From assembly GCA_905178155.1 (NCBI GenBank), contig CAJINV010000005.1, positions 1,924,054 to 1,988,053 of the forward strand: a DNA stretch of 64,000 nt, read 5' to 3'. The notes beneath the pieces are model-generated. The model made no database searches and was not told the DNA's origin. It saw nothing but the letters and a program-made list of their open reading frames with translations. This document shows positions 48,150 to 60,800 of this stretch, one piece after another. Position 1 is the first letter of the stretch. Every line of letters starts with the position of its first letter. This stretch comes from Amoebophrya sp. A120 (lineage: Eukaryota > Protista > Dinoflagellata). Position numbers and translations under genes: made by a program.

Positions 48150-51100
48150 CAATGCCAGGTTCTCGTCGTCCGACACCGTGCAGCCGTTCATCGTTCCCTG
48201 CATATGCATTGCAAATATCGATCTGGGTCTGGAAGATCGTGCGGTTTGTCATGCTGGTTTTCCATGCCTCGTGAGGTGTGGAATGCAGGACCTAGCACAT
48301 TAACAGATTGTTCTGCGGGGTGGTCTTCGTCATACCTATCCTGCATGAGAACCAACCTCCCTCGGAACATGGTCAAAAGTGGAAAACTTCTGGTAATCAT
48401 GCAACACAGGTTCTTCTTTTCGCGTAATTATCCAGGCTTAGCATGATCGAAGTTCGGAACCTTCGCCTTCCGGACCCAGATCGATATATGCAATACATAC
48501 TGCAGCGCCCCTAACAACGCGGTTTGTGCCGTGATGTTGACCGTAAGTAGCTTCTGTAGCCAGGTCCGGGGGTGTGCTTCCACCGCCGCGGGTGCGGAGG
48601 AGCCGACGTCGGACACTTGCAACGGTGGCGCGCGGAGCCAGGCGAGAAAGTTGTGCTTCTGGAGCATGTAGAGTGACTGAATTAATCGGTTGTATTCCAG
48701 AATCGCCATGCGCTGCGCCGGCGTGCAACCCTGTGACCGGAGAGGCGCGGCCCACGCGATGACGCAACTGTTCAGTTGCTGGATCAGGTCGTGCATCTGC
48801 TCGCGTATGAGAGTTGTGCAAAACTATCTCATTTGTATTTGGCATGAACAGCAACAGAAAGAACATACAGAAATGTAGCTTCTGCACGCCAAATTTCCAG
48901 AAATGGTTTCGAGTTGTACTTTAGCTTTTCACGCAACTTAAGCGTACGACGCAACGGCTCGGCCCAGGAATGGGATTGCAATTTTGCATGACAAATGAGA
49001 TGAAGCAGGAATTGGGCACTCTCATATCAAGCAAAAAATCTCGGTTCACCGCCGACAAGTCTTCCCGCATGCGGTCGAACCCCTGGCGGAACTGCTGCGC
49101 GTAGAGGAGTTTATGCATTGCAAAAGAATCCTGTGCATATTACCGCACTGGTTGTAATTGTAATTGTATAAATTGCGTTTACAAATTTTTTCACGACCAA
49201 AAATATACAATTTAAATTTTTTTTTCATGCTAGAAACGGGTACGAAGTGAAGATGAAACGTCGCAAATAAGAATCTTTACATAGCAGGTACGATACTTTT
49301 GCAGATGGGATACAGCTGCAAACTCAGCGACTCCAGCAGCGCGGTGCTCGTGTCCGGGGGGTGCGGTAGTTTGTTTTTGAACAGCACCGGGTCTCCGGGG
49401 CCGCCCGGTTCTTCGTAGTAAAACGGCTGCAGCATGATGTCATCCTCGTACTGCGATACGTGGTCTGGGTCCGCCTGGTGCGGGTCATCGCGTTTCAGTA
49501 CCGGTCCGTGCTTCCGCAACACCGTAAAAATGTGGTGCTTTTTATCCTGAGTAAAAACGCACCCACACCAGAGTCAGGATGGAGATTTTGCAACACAAAC
49601 CTAGGAGTTTTGTGAGTCACGCATGACAAGTTGCACTCTGCAGTGTAGTGCAGGTTAGCAAGTGCAGCCGCGTCACAGATTCATCTGCTCATCCTGTTCA
49701 CAGCATCACAAATTCCAAAACACGATTGGAAATGGCTCTCATGCGGATGCGCATTACAAGTCTTCCTGTCTTTGCAAATCTGCATTACAACTCTGGTGTG
49801 GGTACGTTTTTACTCAGGATACTTTTGCTGCTGCACGTGCACGAGGTGCTTCTGATGCGGGAGTTCCACGACCAGATGTTTTCCAGCAGATAAAGCTATC
49901 GCAAGAAAAAAGTGCTGCGCATTGTGTTGCAAGACCGGCAACACAGACAACCCTTCTCATGCAGGAAATGCTTGGGAGCCTCGTTTTCTTCCTGTTTTCC
50001 CTTATGATGTTCGCATTACAAGTTTTCTCTGCCACACAGGGAAAATTTGTGATGCAGAAACTCCAGCAAATGTGTAACTGTACCACTTTTTTCTCGTGAT
50101 AAAAGCTTGTGGTGCTCTAGTGACGGAAAGACCAGGCGGGTGATCTTCGATAATTTCGTTCCTCTTTGATGACTATGCAAGAAAAAAACTGTGTATAGTG
50201 CAAGTCTGTACACAAATGCAAGAAAGCACGCAACACGCTTCTACAACTTGTCATGCTAGCCAGCCATGATGAAATTCTATCTTCTAATATGTGTGTGTAT
50301 ATTCACGTACTAGCTGTGCATCACAGCGGCCTTTCTCTGTCATGCATAACAGCTTTGTCATGCTGTTATTCGTCCAAGACACCTTACAGTAAAACACAGA
50401 AGTTTTCTTGTTGCATATTGACGCATGATTAAGTCGCCCCGGGGAGGACGACGCGTAGTGCAAAACTCCTGCGGACGCAGGTGAACAGCTTTTACTCGCA
50501 CCCACTGGAGTTGTAGATCCCCCGCCTGCAGCGGAGAAAGACGCACCGCCACCAGCCGCATCACCAGGTGAGGCTCCTTGTGCTACGCTGCTCTGGTGCG
50601 GCATAGTCGATGTCACCTTCAAGTTCACTCCCGGCTGTGGTACTATGAGTACGTCCGGATTACAATTCGCCGGCTGGTGCTGGTACTGCTGATGATGAGC
50701 AGTAGACGCGGCCACATGCTGCTGCACACAAACTGAAATCCCAGTTGAAGTACTAGTATTGCTATTGTTATTGTTATACCGGTGGTGTGTACGTGTAGAA
50801 GCCCCCGCACTACTAGATGAAGTTGTTGTACTAGTTGTAGTTCCTTGGTCGTTGTAAACCAGCATACCATTGCTTACCATGGACGAGGAGGAGGCTCCTC
50901 CGGCTGCATATTGTGAGGAAAAATCCCCCCTCCCCATACCAAAGCGGGACACTTCTGAAAATTTGCGATGCTGATTTGTGATGTCTGTATTGCAAGAAGG
51001 CAAAGCAACAAACCCCGCTGCGTTCTGCAGGCAATTCGTAATGCTGTACGGCCTACAGAGGACGCGCCTGCTTTGCTAGGTCCCTACACCAAGGCGCCCC

Positions 51101-52188
51101 TACTCAGGTTCCGTATCTGCCTGCAGTCCTCTATTGCAAGACAAAGCCGATTTGTGTGCACAAATTCCGCATCACAGATTTCCATTTCGATATGGGGAGA
51201 GGGGATCTTTCCTTTTGATACTGCAGTTGTGATGTTTCCCCGGCTGTTCCGCAGCAAAGCCGGCGGATTCAAACCTACGCGCTATCCTTTGCAAAAGCAT
51301 CCCCACCCCAGAGTTGTCATGCAGATCTGCAAGCACAAGAACATTTATAATGCGCATCCCCATGAGAGGCAATTCCCATCGTGTTTCGGAACTTGTAATG
51401 CTGTGAAGAGGATAAGGAGATGGATTTCTTATGCGGCTCCCTTGCTAGACTTCATTACACTACAGCCTGCAACTTGTCATGCGTGGCTCCCAAGACTTTA
51501 AGGTTTGTGTTGCAAAATCCCCATCTTGACTCTGGGGTGGGGACTTCTTTACAAATGATACGTGCATGTTCATGTTTTGCAGGTTGCGGTAGTTGGTTCC
51601 GTTGGAAACTCGTGTTGTACTTGACGAAGCTACAGTGCTGGGAGTTGTTGATGATCCACCCCCACCTCCTGTAGTTACGCTATGGTTTCCCTTTCCACCA
51701 CCAGAAGTTGTACTAGATGTGGAAAAGGTCGAGGATATCCTATTTAAAAACGTCCCCACCCCATAGTTGTAATGCAAATCTGCATGCTGAAAATGTTTCT
51801 CATGCGGAGCCCCATGAGAAGCATTTTCTAGTCGTGTTTTGCAATTTGTCATGCTCCAATCAGCATGGTATGCTAGATCTGTGATGCTGCTGAGCTAGCT
51901 CAAACAGCACTACACTACGAATCCAAATTTGTCATGCAAAACAGCCAGAACTTGTGGATTTGTCTTGCCGATTCCCCATCTTGACTATGGTGTGGGGACG
52001 TTTTTACTCAGGATAGACGACCCCGCAAATCCCGCTCCGTTTGCCGTGCCGCTGCGCGCAAAAGAGGCGTTGCCGCTGCTGCACCCGGTTCCCCCACCAC
52101 CACCGATTCCCCCTCCGGCGTACGAGGGCGGAATGGCAACGCCGGAAACGCCCTCGCGAAAGTTTGCAACGGAGGTACTGCTACCCAT
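48150..52188 (-). CDS. Probable long N-terminal extension of the PKG-like kinase (or a separate upstream hypothetical gene), starting MGSSTS
   Basis: ATG at 52188 with an MGxxxS myristoylation-type start. Exons join in frame where checked (e.g. across introners 49897 and 49543). The link to 47930 via canonical introns is not proven. Confidence 0.55.
48203..48499. mobile_element. Introner family A'
   Basis: TIR ...TATCGATCTGGGTC; TSD CTGCA/CTGCA. Confidence 0.87.
48806..49026. mobile_element. Degenerate introner (family F-like)
   Basis: TATGAGAGT/ACTCTCATA ends; TSD TCGCG/TCAAG. Confidence 0.6.
49112..49312. mobile_element. Degenerate introner
   Basis: TGCAAAAG/CTTTTGCA inverted-repeat remnants; TSD GAGTT/CAGCT. 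Confidence 0.55.
49543..49821. mobile_element. Introner family B (279 bp, opposite orientation to 29700)
   Basis: TSD CTTTT/CTTTT. Confidence 0.93.
49897..50101. mobile_element. Introner family D
   Basis: TSD AAAGC/AAAGC; body similar to copy 9913. Confidence 0.88.
50909..51220. mobile_element. Introner family C
   Basis: TSD CTGCA/CTGCA. Confidence 0.88.
51283..51560. mobile_element. Introner family B (diverged)
   Basis: TSD CGCGC/CGTGC; CCCCACCCCAGAGT inverted repeat. Confidence 0.82.
51736..52015. mobile_element. Introner family B (subfamily 2)
   Basis: TSD GAGGA/GACGA; similar to copy 13355. Confidence 0.86.
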
Positions 52189-52480
52189 TTCTACTTCTTC
52201 GCTGATAGAATGATTTTGTGGGTACTTATTTTTCATCGGATACGGATTCATTTTTGTCAACTACACGCTGGAAAATTATCAGAGCAAATCTCAGTTGGTT
52301 CATCGTAAGTATGACTATGAATGATGGTGATGCTTTTTTTTCTTTATAAAAGCGTTAGAACATGATACGAAAAACAACACGATTTTCGCTTAGAAGTTGT
52401 ACGTACCCACTACTAGTTAGGTAAGACGCGGCGCCGGTAGACATGTAGTAAGTTGACGCTTCCAAACGCGTCGGCCCGTC

Positions 52481-52815
52481 TATGCATGGCAAAAATATCT
52501 GAGTCTGTACTAAAGCTTTGTAAAGTGCTGAACTTGCAAACTCCGCATGAAGTCTGATAAGAGTGCTCCATTTAAAACTGTACGGATAAAAGATAAGTGG
52601 TGGCCCCCTTTACCCGGCGACAACGTGAGTATTATTTCTCCTGCTGGTGGTTGATACGCACTGCAACTAACGCTGCTCAAACGTTTCTCGTACTCGGCCG
52701 CGTACACTGCAGTTGACCATTTTTGTGCTATTCAGTTTCAGATGCATTGTAGCATGACACCTCATTCGATTAGTTGTAGTTCCAGACCCAGATGTTTACT
52801 TAGTTCCAATGCATA
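52481..52815. mobile_element. Degenerate introner family A'
   Basis: TATGCAT...ATGCATA, TCCAGACCCAGA core; TSD CCGTC/GCGTC. Confidence 0.65.
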
Positions 52816-55800
52816 GCGTCTGACATGTTACAATCCGCGGCTCTTCGTCCGGAAAGGTATGAAAGTTTGAAAATCCCTCGCTTGCAGCAAGTTTTTAGAG
52901 AATTTCTAGCGTGGACCACACCCAGCACGACAGGATCATCTGCATCTTGGTCCTCATATATGTATTTTCTTTTTCAGCATGCATATCCTATAATCCGTCG
53001 TCCACGATTGAACAAAACGAGAAATGCATCCCACAAGTCCAGGGTGGATCGACATAAACCACATGGTCGTGTCACATGCCACCATGCTTCGCATTCAAAT
53101 AAAACTTCATCCTGATCCCCCTGCCCCGCTGGTGGATCATAGCCCACCGTCTTGCGTTCTACATCTGCAGGAGAATTCAGCTAAAGTACAGGATTATTTT
53201 CAAAGATTTCATAGCTGCGGCATTCTAGTAAACCACCATTGACTCCTGGTGCAGCATCGTCCCTTCGAGCAGGCCGTCTGGTTCGCATTCGCTGCAAGGT
53301 CGTGGAAGCATCATTTACTTCGCGGTGCCGGCGCAGGACAACTTCTACACGAACAAATCCTTTCTTCGCAGCTTCACAAGATGGTGAACTGCACCTCTCA
53401 AGGATATTAAACGCCGCAGCTCTGCGAGGACCGTGTATCCGCTTCGCTCGTCGCCGCAAAACAGAAAATAGTAATTCTAATTTTTTCAAATACTTTCGCG
53501 CCGTAGTAGCCATCCACCGTACTACGGCCAGGAGAGCTGCCCTTTATTTTCAAGGCTACGCAGATATAGTAAAAAATTTCAGCAGCGAGAGTCGATGGCC
53601 TAGTTAGTACTAAGGCTTTCTCAACGCGGCGAATCGTGCACTACAGGTCCACTGCGGTTATTCATCCGTACGTCTGCTGTACATTTTTACGCCGCCTCAC
53701 TACTTGCTCAAAATCAAAACTACAACTACGTTTATTGGCACACAATACAACTTAGTATGATGCACCGCAAATAAACGGACTCATTTATCGCCATCGATAC
53801 TTCTACCGCACTGCGGATTCGCCATCGACACTTCTGCTGGCAAAGTGGGAAAAAGTATAGCAATTTGGAACTTCGCCGGAGGACAGAAAAAGCTTACGTA
53901 TCAAATATACTATTTGATGTACGCAAAAATCAGGAACAGCTTCTTGGTGGTAAAGGACGCACGAAAAACGTTGTCAATCAAGTAGCCGATGATAGTATAG
54001 AGTTGTGATCGCTATTAACTTGGAATTTGTCTTAAACACGGACCCAATTCTTCCGCCAAAACAAGTAGTAAGTAAGTACTCCACGACTTGCACGCGCGAA
54101 CAAGTGCCGTTTGTTTTTGGACGCCGCTGTTGTCTTGCATATGTAAGATGTCCAATAATCAAGACGATGAAGCCAGAGCGCTTGCCTTCCGTGTTGAAAA
54201 TTTTATTTGCCACCAAACCAAACTACTCGTACTACATCCGACAATTATGCCATCAAAGAGCCTGAATTAACGAACTTTGAAGACTATCGGTCTAGTAAAG
54301 GTTCAGTCTGATAGAGGCGGTGCTGTTACAAATTTGCAAGACCACAAGCACTGAGTTTTATTGTTTCAACTCTTGGCCAATTCACCTTTCAGGTATTTCT
54401 TTCATCCTGTCCCCATGAGCGAAAGCCACACGGGAGGTTTTGTTTTGAGAGAAAACGAGACTTACTAGGAACAAATTCGCTTGGAGATTGCTCCGTGGAA
54501 ACTTCCCGGGATTACTATCTTCTCACTATCTGATTGACAAATAATGATAACCAATCCAGCTATTCTCTATACCGAAACCAATCCACGCATCTGGTTTTGT
54601 CTCTTATTTTCGATTTAATAACTATTAATTTGTTCATCTCACAGATGAGAAATCGATGGATATATGTCGATCACACTGATCGGAAGATGTCGCCCAGTGG
54701 TCGGTCCCCTCGCGTGCACCTCTCCAGTGTCCTTACTTTGGTCAACTCGCCGACGTGCTCTATTCCGTGATATCAGTGCGTGGACATGTGATCGATGGCC
54801 TGACTTGAACTTCCTCGCAACTAAACGTGGTAGAAGTAGCGTTAATTGAGAATTACTTTACACATTTTACTTCGTCCTGGTCATCATCCCTGCTCGATAC
54901 TGGACAACTACAACTCCTGAGAAGTGGGTTTTTTGGCTTTATCGAATTAAATTCATCTTCATTGCTCAACTGTTAGTACGCATTAATATTTCCTGCCGGT
55001 TCGATGTCGAGAACAGTGTGGGGTGGTTCATGTTCTCGAGAGAGTAGTGCCCCCGGAAACTGCAATCGGAATTCTGACAACCAGGGAAGAAGATTGTTCT
55101 TGCTGCTAGTAAGTAAGTAGAGTACCTGCTATCACAATCCGAGAAAAAATCTATTCAGCACTCCTGTTCGACTCAACACGAAACCAGAAAGAGCAAAACA
55201 CGACCGGATGAAAAACCATGGTTACATCTTTTGCAGCAGCACGAGGCGTTGCTTGGCAGAAGGCAGGCACTAGAAAAAGAAATGCAGCGTTGTACCATTA
55301 GTAGCGTACACTGCGAGAGGGCAACGACCGTGTGCCAATGCTTAGAGCTTGCCTATCTGTTGCAAGAAATTGCTCGAAGAACAACATCAGAAAGCCTGCT
55401 GCACGTGCTCAGCTCTCTGCAAGAATAAACGTAGTGCCGCAGGTTCATCACACCTCGCACTGCATTCCTGTTCGAAGAGTGATTTATTCCAGTGATATTT
55501 ATCTTCGTATCCCTTTCCTTTGGCATTTTGCTGCAACTCCTGGCAGTTCTTGGTACGAGAGCCGCCGGTCTATGCTGTTTCATTCTGTACAACCACGGGC
55601 AGACTCCTGGAGCATGATAAGCAACACCGAGCCCGGTCCTGTACCAAACTGACTCTCGTCGCACCGCCTGCAACGATTAGATTGCTCACGACCCACTCGG
55701 ACTCGATAGAGCGAGTGCACAACAACATCTGCCAAATGCTTCCTGCCTGCGTTTTGATGTCGTTGTCCGGTCGTACAGGTTTAGCGCGAATAGTAAGTAC

Positions 55801-56034
55801 CTTCTGCGAGAGTTGGCGGCTTCGTTTTGTTTTTCTGGAATTGGAACTAGGATTATTAGTCCTTGAAAATTTCCATATTTGTGCGCATATTTGCAAAATG
55901 TAGAGGACTCGCAGCAGCAGCTTTTGGCAGCTGTCCGGCGGTCTGCCAGCCTTCCATCTCGTGCTTCCTTTTGCCGCTCCACTGAAAGTGCGGGAAAGGG
56001 CATCAGAAGGTGTCGTTGTAAGCCATTTTCTGCA

Positions 56035-56509
56035 TTTTGCAATGATGGAAATTCCCAGCTCGGTTTTCCGCACTGGCCAAATGAAAGTGCCGAAGACCGA
56101 GGCCTTCCGGGAAGCCAAAGGGAGAGGGGAGTGGGGCTGCAGGCGAGGCCAGGAGCAGCGCTCTGGCTTTTGTGTGGAGCCGCCTGCCGTGCGGCGTCCC
56201 TGTGTTGCGCACCTTCTACACCCGAACGAAGCCTGGGCGCGAGGCTACGCCCAGGCTTCGTCTGGATATGTCTCCGCGCGCGTAGGAGTTGGCGAGGCGA
56301 CCAGCCATCCGCCAAGTCCTCGGGTTTGGAAGTCAGACGGTGTGGGGAGTTGAAAGTATTGACGCTCGCCATTTTGCAATGATGGAAATTCCCCGCTCGG
56401 GTTTGGGTGAGAGGCAAGCTACAATTTGCAATGATGGAAATTCCCCGCTCGGGTTTGGGTGAAACACAAATTGGAATTTTGCAATGATGGAAATTTCCCG
56501 CTCGCGTTT
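56035..56509. repeat. Four copies of TTTGCAATGATGGAAATTYCCMGCTCG, three of them tandem at about 52-bp period
   Basis: Copies at about 56035, 56372, 56425 and 56477. Confidence 0.85.
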
Positions 56510-56542
56510 CACCTTCGCCAAGCTCACCCAATGCGAAAACGC

Positions 56543-56700
56543 ATACCCCAAAGCAATACCCCAACGCGATACCCCAAACCAATACCCCGTACGAATACCC
56601 CCATCAATACCCCCCGGGATTTTTGGACTCAGCTCGGTGCACAACGATGACGAATACCCCCAACGAATACCTCCATCAAGGGGTATTTGTTTGGGGTATT
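56543..56700. repeat. ATACCCC micro-repeat array (about 12-13-bp period) with inverted GGGGTATT copies
   Basis: Directly visible in the sequence. Confidence 0.75.
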
Positions 56701-57881
56701 GGTCTTGATGCGACATCTTTATGCGAACCCAAGATGCCTGACAATATTTCCCGATCGCACCGGAACCGTGGGCGAATGCTTTGCGACCTGGCTGAAGTAC
56801 GGCCAAGAGTTTCTGGAGCAGCGGGGCATGCTCAGCGAAATGCTGCTACTAGGCATGTTGCGCGGTGGGCTAGGGCTCGGTGGAGGTGCTTTCCTCGGAT
56901 TTGCTGCGCTTTTTGGGTGCGTGCGCGCTGGCCGGGAGGCCACCTGGAGGCTTTTCACGAATGGCCCCCGGCTTTGGCGAATGCTGGCGGCCTGCTTTTC
57001 CGCATCCCTAAACTGCAAGAAGGCGCGCCGCGCCGGTCGCTAAAAAGAGTTGCCGACCGCCACTATTGAGAGGCTGGAGCCAGTTGCGGCGCGCTACAGC
57101 CGCTGCGTTTGGCCCAGTTGCAGAATTGCAAACAATCAGCGCGCTTGGATTCGCGCGGCTCTGGTGCAGCCGCGTATCCGTTCGGCTGACCCTTCGCCAA
57201 AGGGGTAGCGCTAGGATGTATTCGCTATTAACTAACTGCGCCAGCGGTGCCAGAGAATGAGCCTCCGGCTTCCGCTCTCCTCCCCAGCAACTCGCTGACG
57301 CGAAAACGTCGGGCGCGGGAGTGAAAAATAAACATGGCAGGCCCGGTAGCGGGTTGCCTTTCGCTACATTTTGCAAATATGGAGGTAGATATGGATATTT
57401 CCAAGGATTAAGATTACACTGTTCGTTCTGAGTGTCTGACTTAAAACTTAACCGTGTCTGTTTGTCTGTTTGAACTATAATCGTGATCCTATCAGGTGCT
57501 ACCTGCATATCTGTCTGATGGCTGCTTGCTTTGTGATGTCTTTATTCACACGAAGTGACAAATAATTCTGTTCTTCATCTTCTTCTTCCTTGTTCTGCTG
57601 TGATATTAACAATAATAAGAGTTTTTGGTTTTTGCTTTGACTGTAATCTTCAGAGTTTTGGTTTTCGACTATTGGGAGACGGTGAAGCAAGTTTATTGCT
57701 GTAGAAGAAAATAATCTTCGCTGCTTCGTAGTAGTATACAGGTTCATATTTGAAGATACTGCTGCCATAGCCATGGTCATGGATCCAAGTTCGACCTGGA
57801 AATAAATTCCTCTCGATTTCTCATTTCTGCAATTTCGGCTTTTGTCATCGGAGGATTAAATAAATCCTTGACAGCACCGAT

Positions 57882-60800
57882 TTATGGCAGCGGTACCGCG
57901 GTCATGACGAAATCCCTATCAAATGCAAGAATGTCTGGGTCTGGAAGATTGTCATGCATATTTTGCATGACCCATCATGCCTGTAGTGCATGACTTAGCA
58001 TCACAGATTTTTGGAAGGTTTTCTGATGCCTATTTCGCATGACAAATGCCTTCTCCGCGCAGCACAATCTGGGCTCCTCTTGCTGGTCATGCAGTACAGA
58101 TTTTTTTAAAATCCAAAGACAGCATGACAAGTTTGGATCCTTCCAGACCCAGACATATTTGCAATTGATAATCCCGGATCGCCTGCAAAATATCCGTCGG
58201 CTGCTGCTGCCCCCGGATGCTGGTCGCGATCCCCGGGAAGTGGGACAGCACCTGCTTGCAACGGTCGTAGTGGTAGTGGTACCTGTTGTCAGCGAATGTG
58301 ATTTCTTCTTTATGTATCGTCCTAAGTATGTTAATTCTAATTCGAAACACACAACATGGAGAACAAGAATTAGAACTCAGTTTTTTCTTACAATTCTCGC
58401 ACACAACAACTAGACACGCCGCACGACACCAAACTCCACACTTCTTCCAAACATGTAGTACAAGTACCGGGTGGAGACTTGATCGGGGCTATCCGCCGCC
58501 GCTTGCACCAACCTTTGCCTGACCGCCAACTGTGGTGCGTTTCCATAGTAGTACTCCCCGGTGGCGGGGTCCACCCTGCGGATGGACAGCCTCTGCAGGC
58601 ACACCGACTCGGGCACGGTGAGGTGCACCACCCGGGAGGGCCACAGGTGGGCCTTCTTCAGGTAGGAGGCTTGGTGCTCGGTCTGTGGGAAGCCGTCCAG
58701 GACCCAGCCGCGCCTCAAACCTGAGTGATCGATAAAAAATAAGAACATTTTCGTAAAAAAATACTATTTGACCGCCAGGGCGACCTCGGATAAAGAAGCA
58801 GGTTTCACTCACTAGTGTCCGTCTATTGTGACCAAAAGCAAAACTGCGATCTTTATAAAGCATATACTGAAGAAGAACTACAAAGCAGGAACAATTTCTA
58901 TACAATCCGCCTGTCTGATATGGAGAGAAAAAAGTTTGTCACAGTCATTAACTTGCAGATTTTGCATTACAAATTTTTTTAGCATCACAACTCTCCGAAA
59001 ACTTTGTATTGCAAAAATGCGCATGAGTGATCGTGACGAACTTTTTTTGTTTGATATCTGAGCCTGTCCCCCACTTTCTCGCAGAGTTCCTCATCCGTTA
59101 CGCTTTCCGCTGGCTTTGAATATCGTGAGGAAAAGTCCCCCGACCCCATATCAAAACGGAAACCTGTGATGCGGGATTTGTGTACGCAAATCCGCTTTGT
59201 CTTGCACTAGAGGACTGCAGCCAGATACGAAGCCTGGAAAGGGGTGGCTTGAGGTAGGCGGTTGGCAAGGCAGACGTGTGTCCTGTTGGCGTATCAGCAT
59301 TACAAACCGCCTGCGAAATGCGGCGGACTCTCGGGCTTTGTTCTATTGCAAGACAGACGCGATCTGTGGCCACAAATCAGCATCACAAATTTTCTAAAGC
59401 ATGCCTTTTTGATATGGGGAGGGAGGATTTTTCCTTTTGATATTGAAACCATAGTGTTTACGTCGACATGCACGACGCCAAAATCCTCCGCGATCCTGGC
59501 TGCCTGTGTTGATCGCCCGCTACCCAAGGGTCCGAGCACTATCAAATGTAAAAGTGTCTGGGTCTGGAAACTTGTGATGCTGGGTGGCGTCTCATGATGA
59601 GGCCACAAGTGCTGGCTCAGCATGACAAGTTTCTGAGCTTCAAGGTGTTGCCTATTCTGCATGACAGACTGCGTTTCTGCATCACAGAAAAATGGAGCTC
59701 TTGGGTAACGTGCATGACAGATTTAAGAGTCATGCCAAACAAGCATGACAAACATGAATTCTTCCAGACCCAGACATTTTTACATTTGATAAGCACGCAC
59801 ATCTGACAATTTTTGCTTTCATGCGCCTACGGGAAACAACTCATCAAGATGAACCCATGCAATGGATGCCAATGCACGACGACGCTTTATAATCGCGCTG
59901 CAAATTCATTCCAATGTTCTGTTCTTGTTGCAGTTGCGACAGTACTGCCTACGACTTGCATCAACAAAACCGAGTAAGTACTCTCAACGGCCCTCTTGGG
60001 TCTGCCACTGCCCTGGCAACGGCATGCTGCACCTGGTCCACTACGGAAGTGCTTCCCGTTACTGACACCTCTACCGCCGCGTTCTTGAAGATTTCTGCCA
60101 CGGAGTGTATGTGTCTCAAGTAGATTTGCAACTGCGACTCTACGGCGTCTGCTTTTTCCTCCGCGGTCGCGCCCGGGGCAGATTTCTGGGGGAATCCGAA
60201 TTCGGAACATTAGTAGATGATTATTTGTCGTGTTGCAATGAATATTGCGACTACGCATAGCGACGTGTGTCCTTGAAACTTTTGCTCATGACAAAAACAA
60301 ACTATTGAAAAACTTTTCGTGTTGTCAGTAATCAATACCAGTAAGTGGTTTTTTATTGTTTTACTGTCACCGGTGACGATGCAGACGCTGTCGGGTATTT
60401 TTCTCATGTTCTGCAATGCTCGCGCTTGGACCTGATTTTTTTCAGTTGAAGAAACATCACAAAGATTGTTCTTCTTCTTTGTAGCAGATCAAGACACGAC
60501 GACAACAGCATGAAAGCATTGCGATCTTGCCATTCATAAATCCTGCGACGTTGGATTTGATTTGACCAGGTGAGTTCCTGCATCAGGAAAAAAACAAATC
60601 ACCACGACCACCCAGATAGGAAAGTAGTAGAACTAGAAGTACCTTTGTCTTTGGGAACCCATACAATAAGCAGCCCTTGCTGTCACTTGGTGCGCTCTCC
60701 AAAGCGGACTTGACGCATGCTATTGCGTCGGCGTCCGCGGTGCTCTTCGAATCATCGACGGCAGCGTCGACATTGACACACGTGAGACCGAACGATGACG

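Larger units (their letters stand above)
55856..57411. mobile_element. 1.56-kb non-autonomous TIR element with internal repeat arrays
   Basis: About 48-bp imperfect TIR with perfect 18-bp core CATATTTGCAAAATGTAG/CTACATTTTGCAAATATG; TSD GATTA/GATTA. Confidence 0.8.

Noticed and set aside
56372-56509. CRISPR-like repeat/spacer pattern
   Set aside because: Only 3 tandem units with spacers of about 14 bp, no cas genes, eukaryotic context, and it lies inside a TIR element.
52816-57800. Autonomous transposase or reverse transcriptase for the introners
   Set aside because: No long ORF and no recognisable DDE, RT or tyrosine-recombinase motif here or elsewhere in the window.
21624-59806. Recurrent small ORFs (MLPILHDKLR..., MQVSKCSRVTDSSAHP..., ...FQTQTFLHLI) resembling a peptide gene family
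   Set aside because: They are translations of introner copies; they appear on either strand and their ends depend on flanking DNA.
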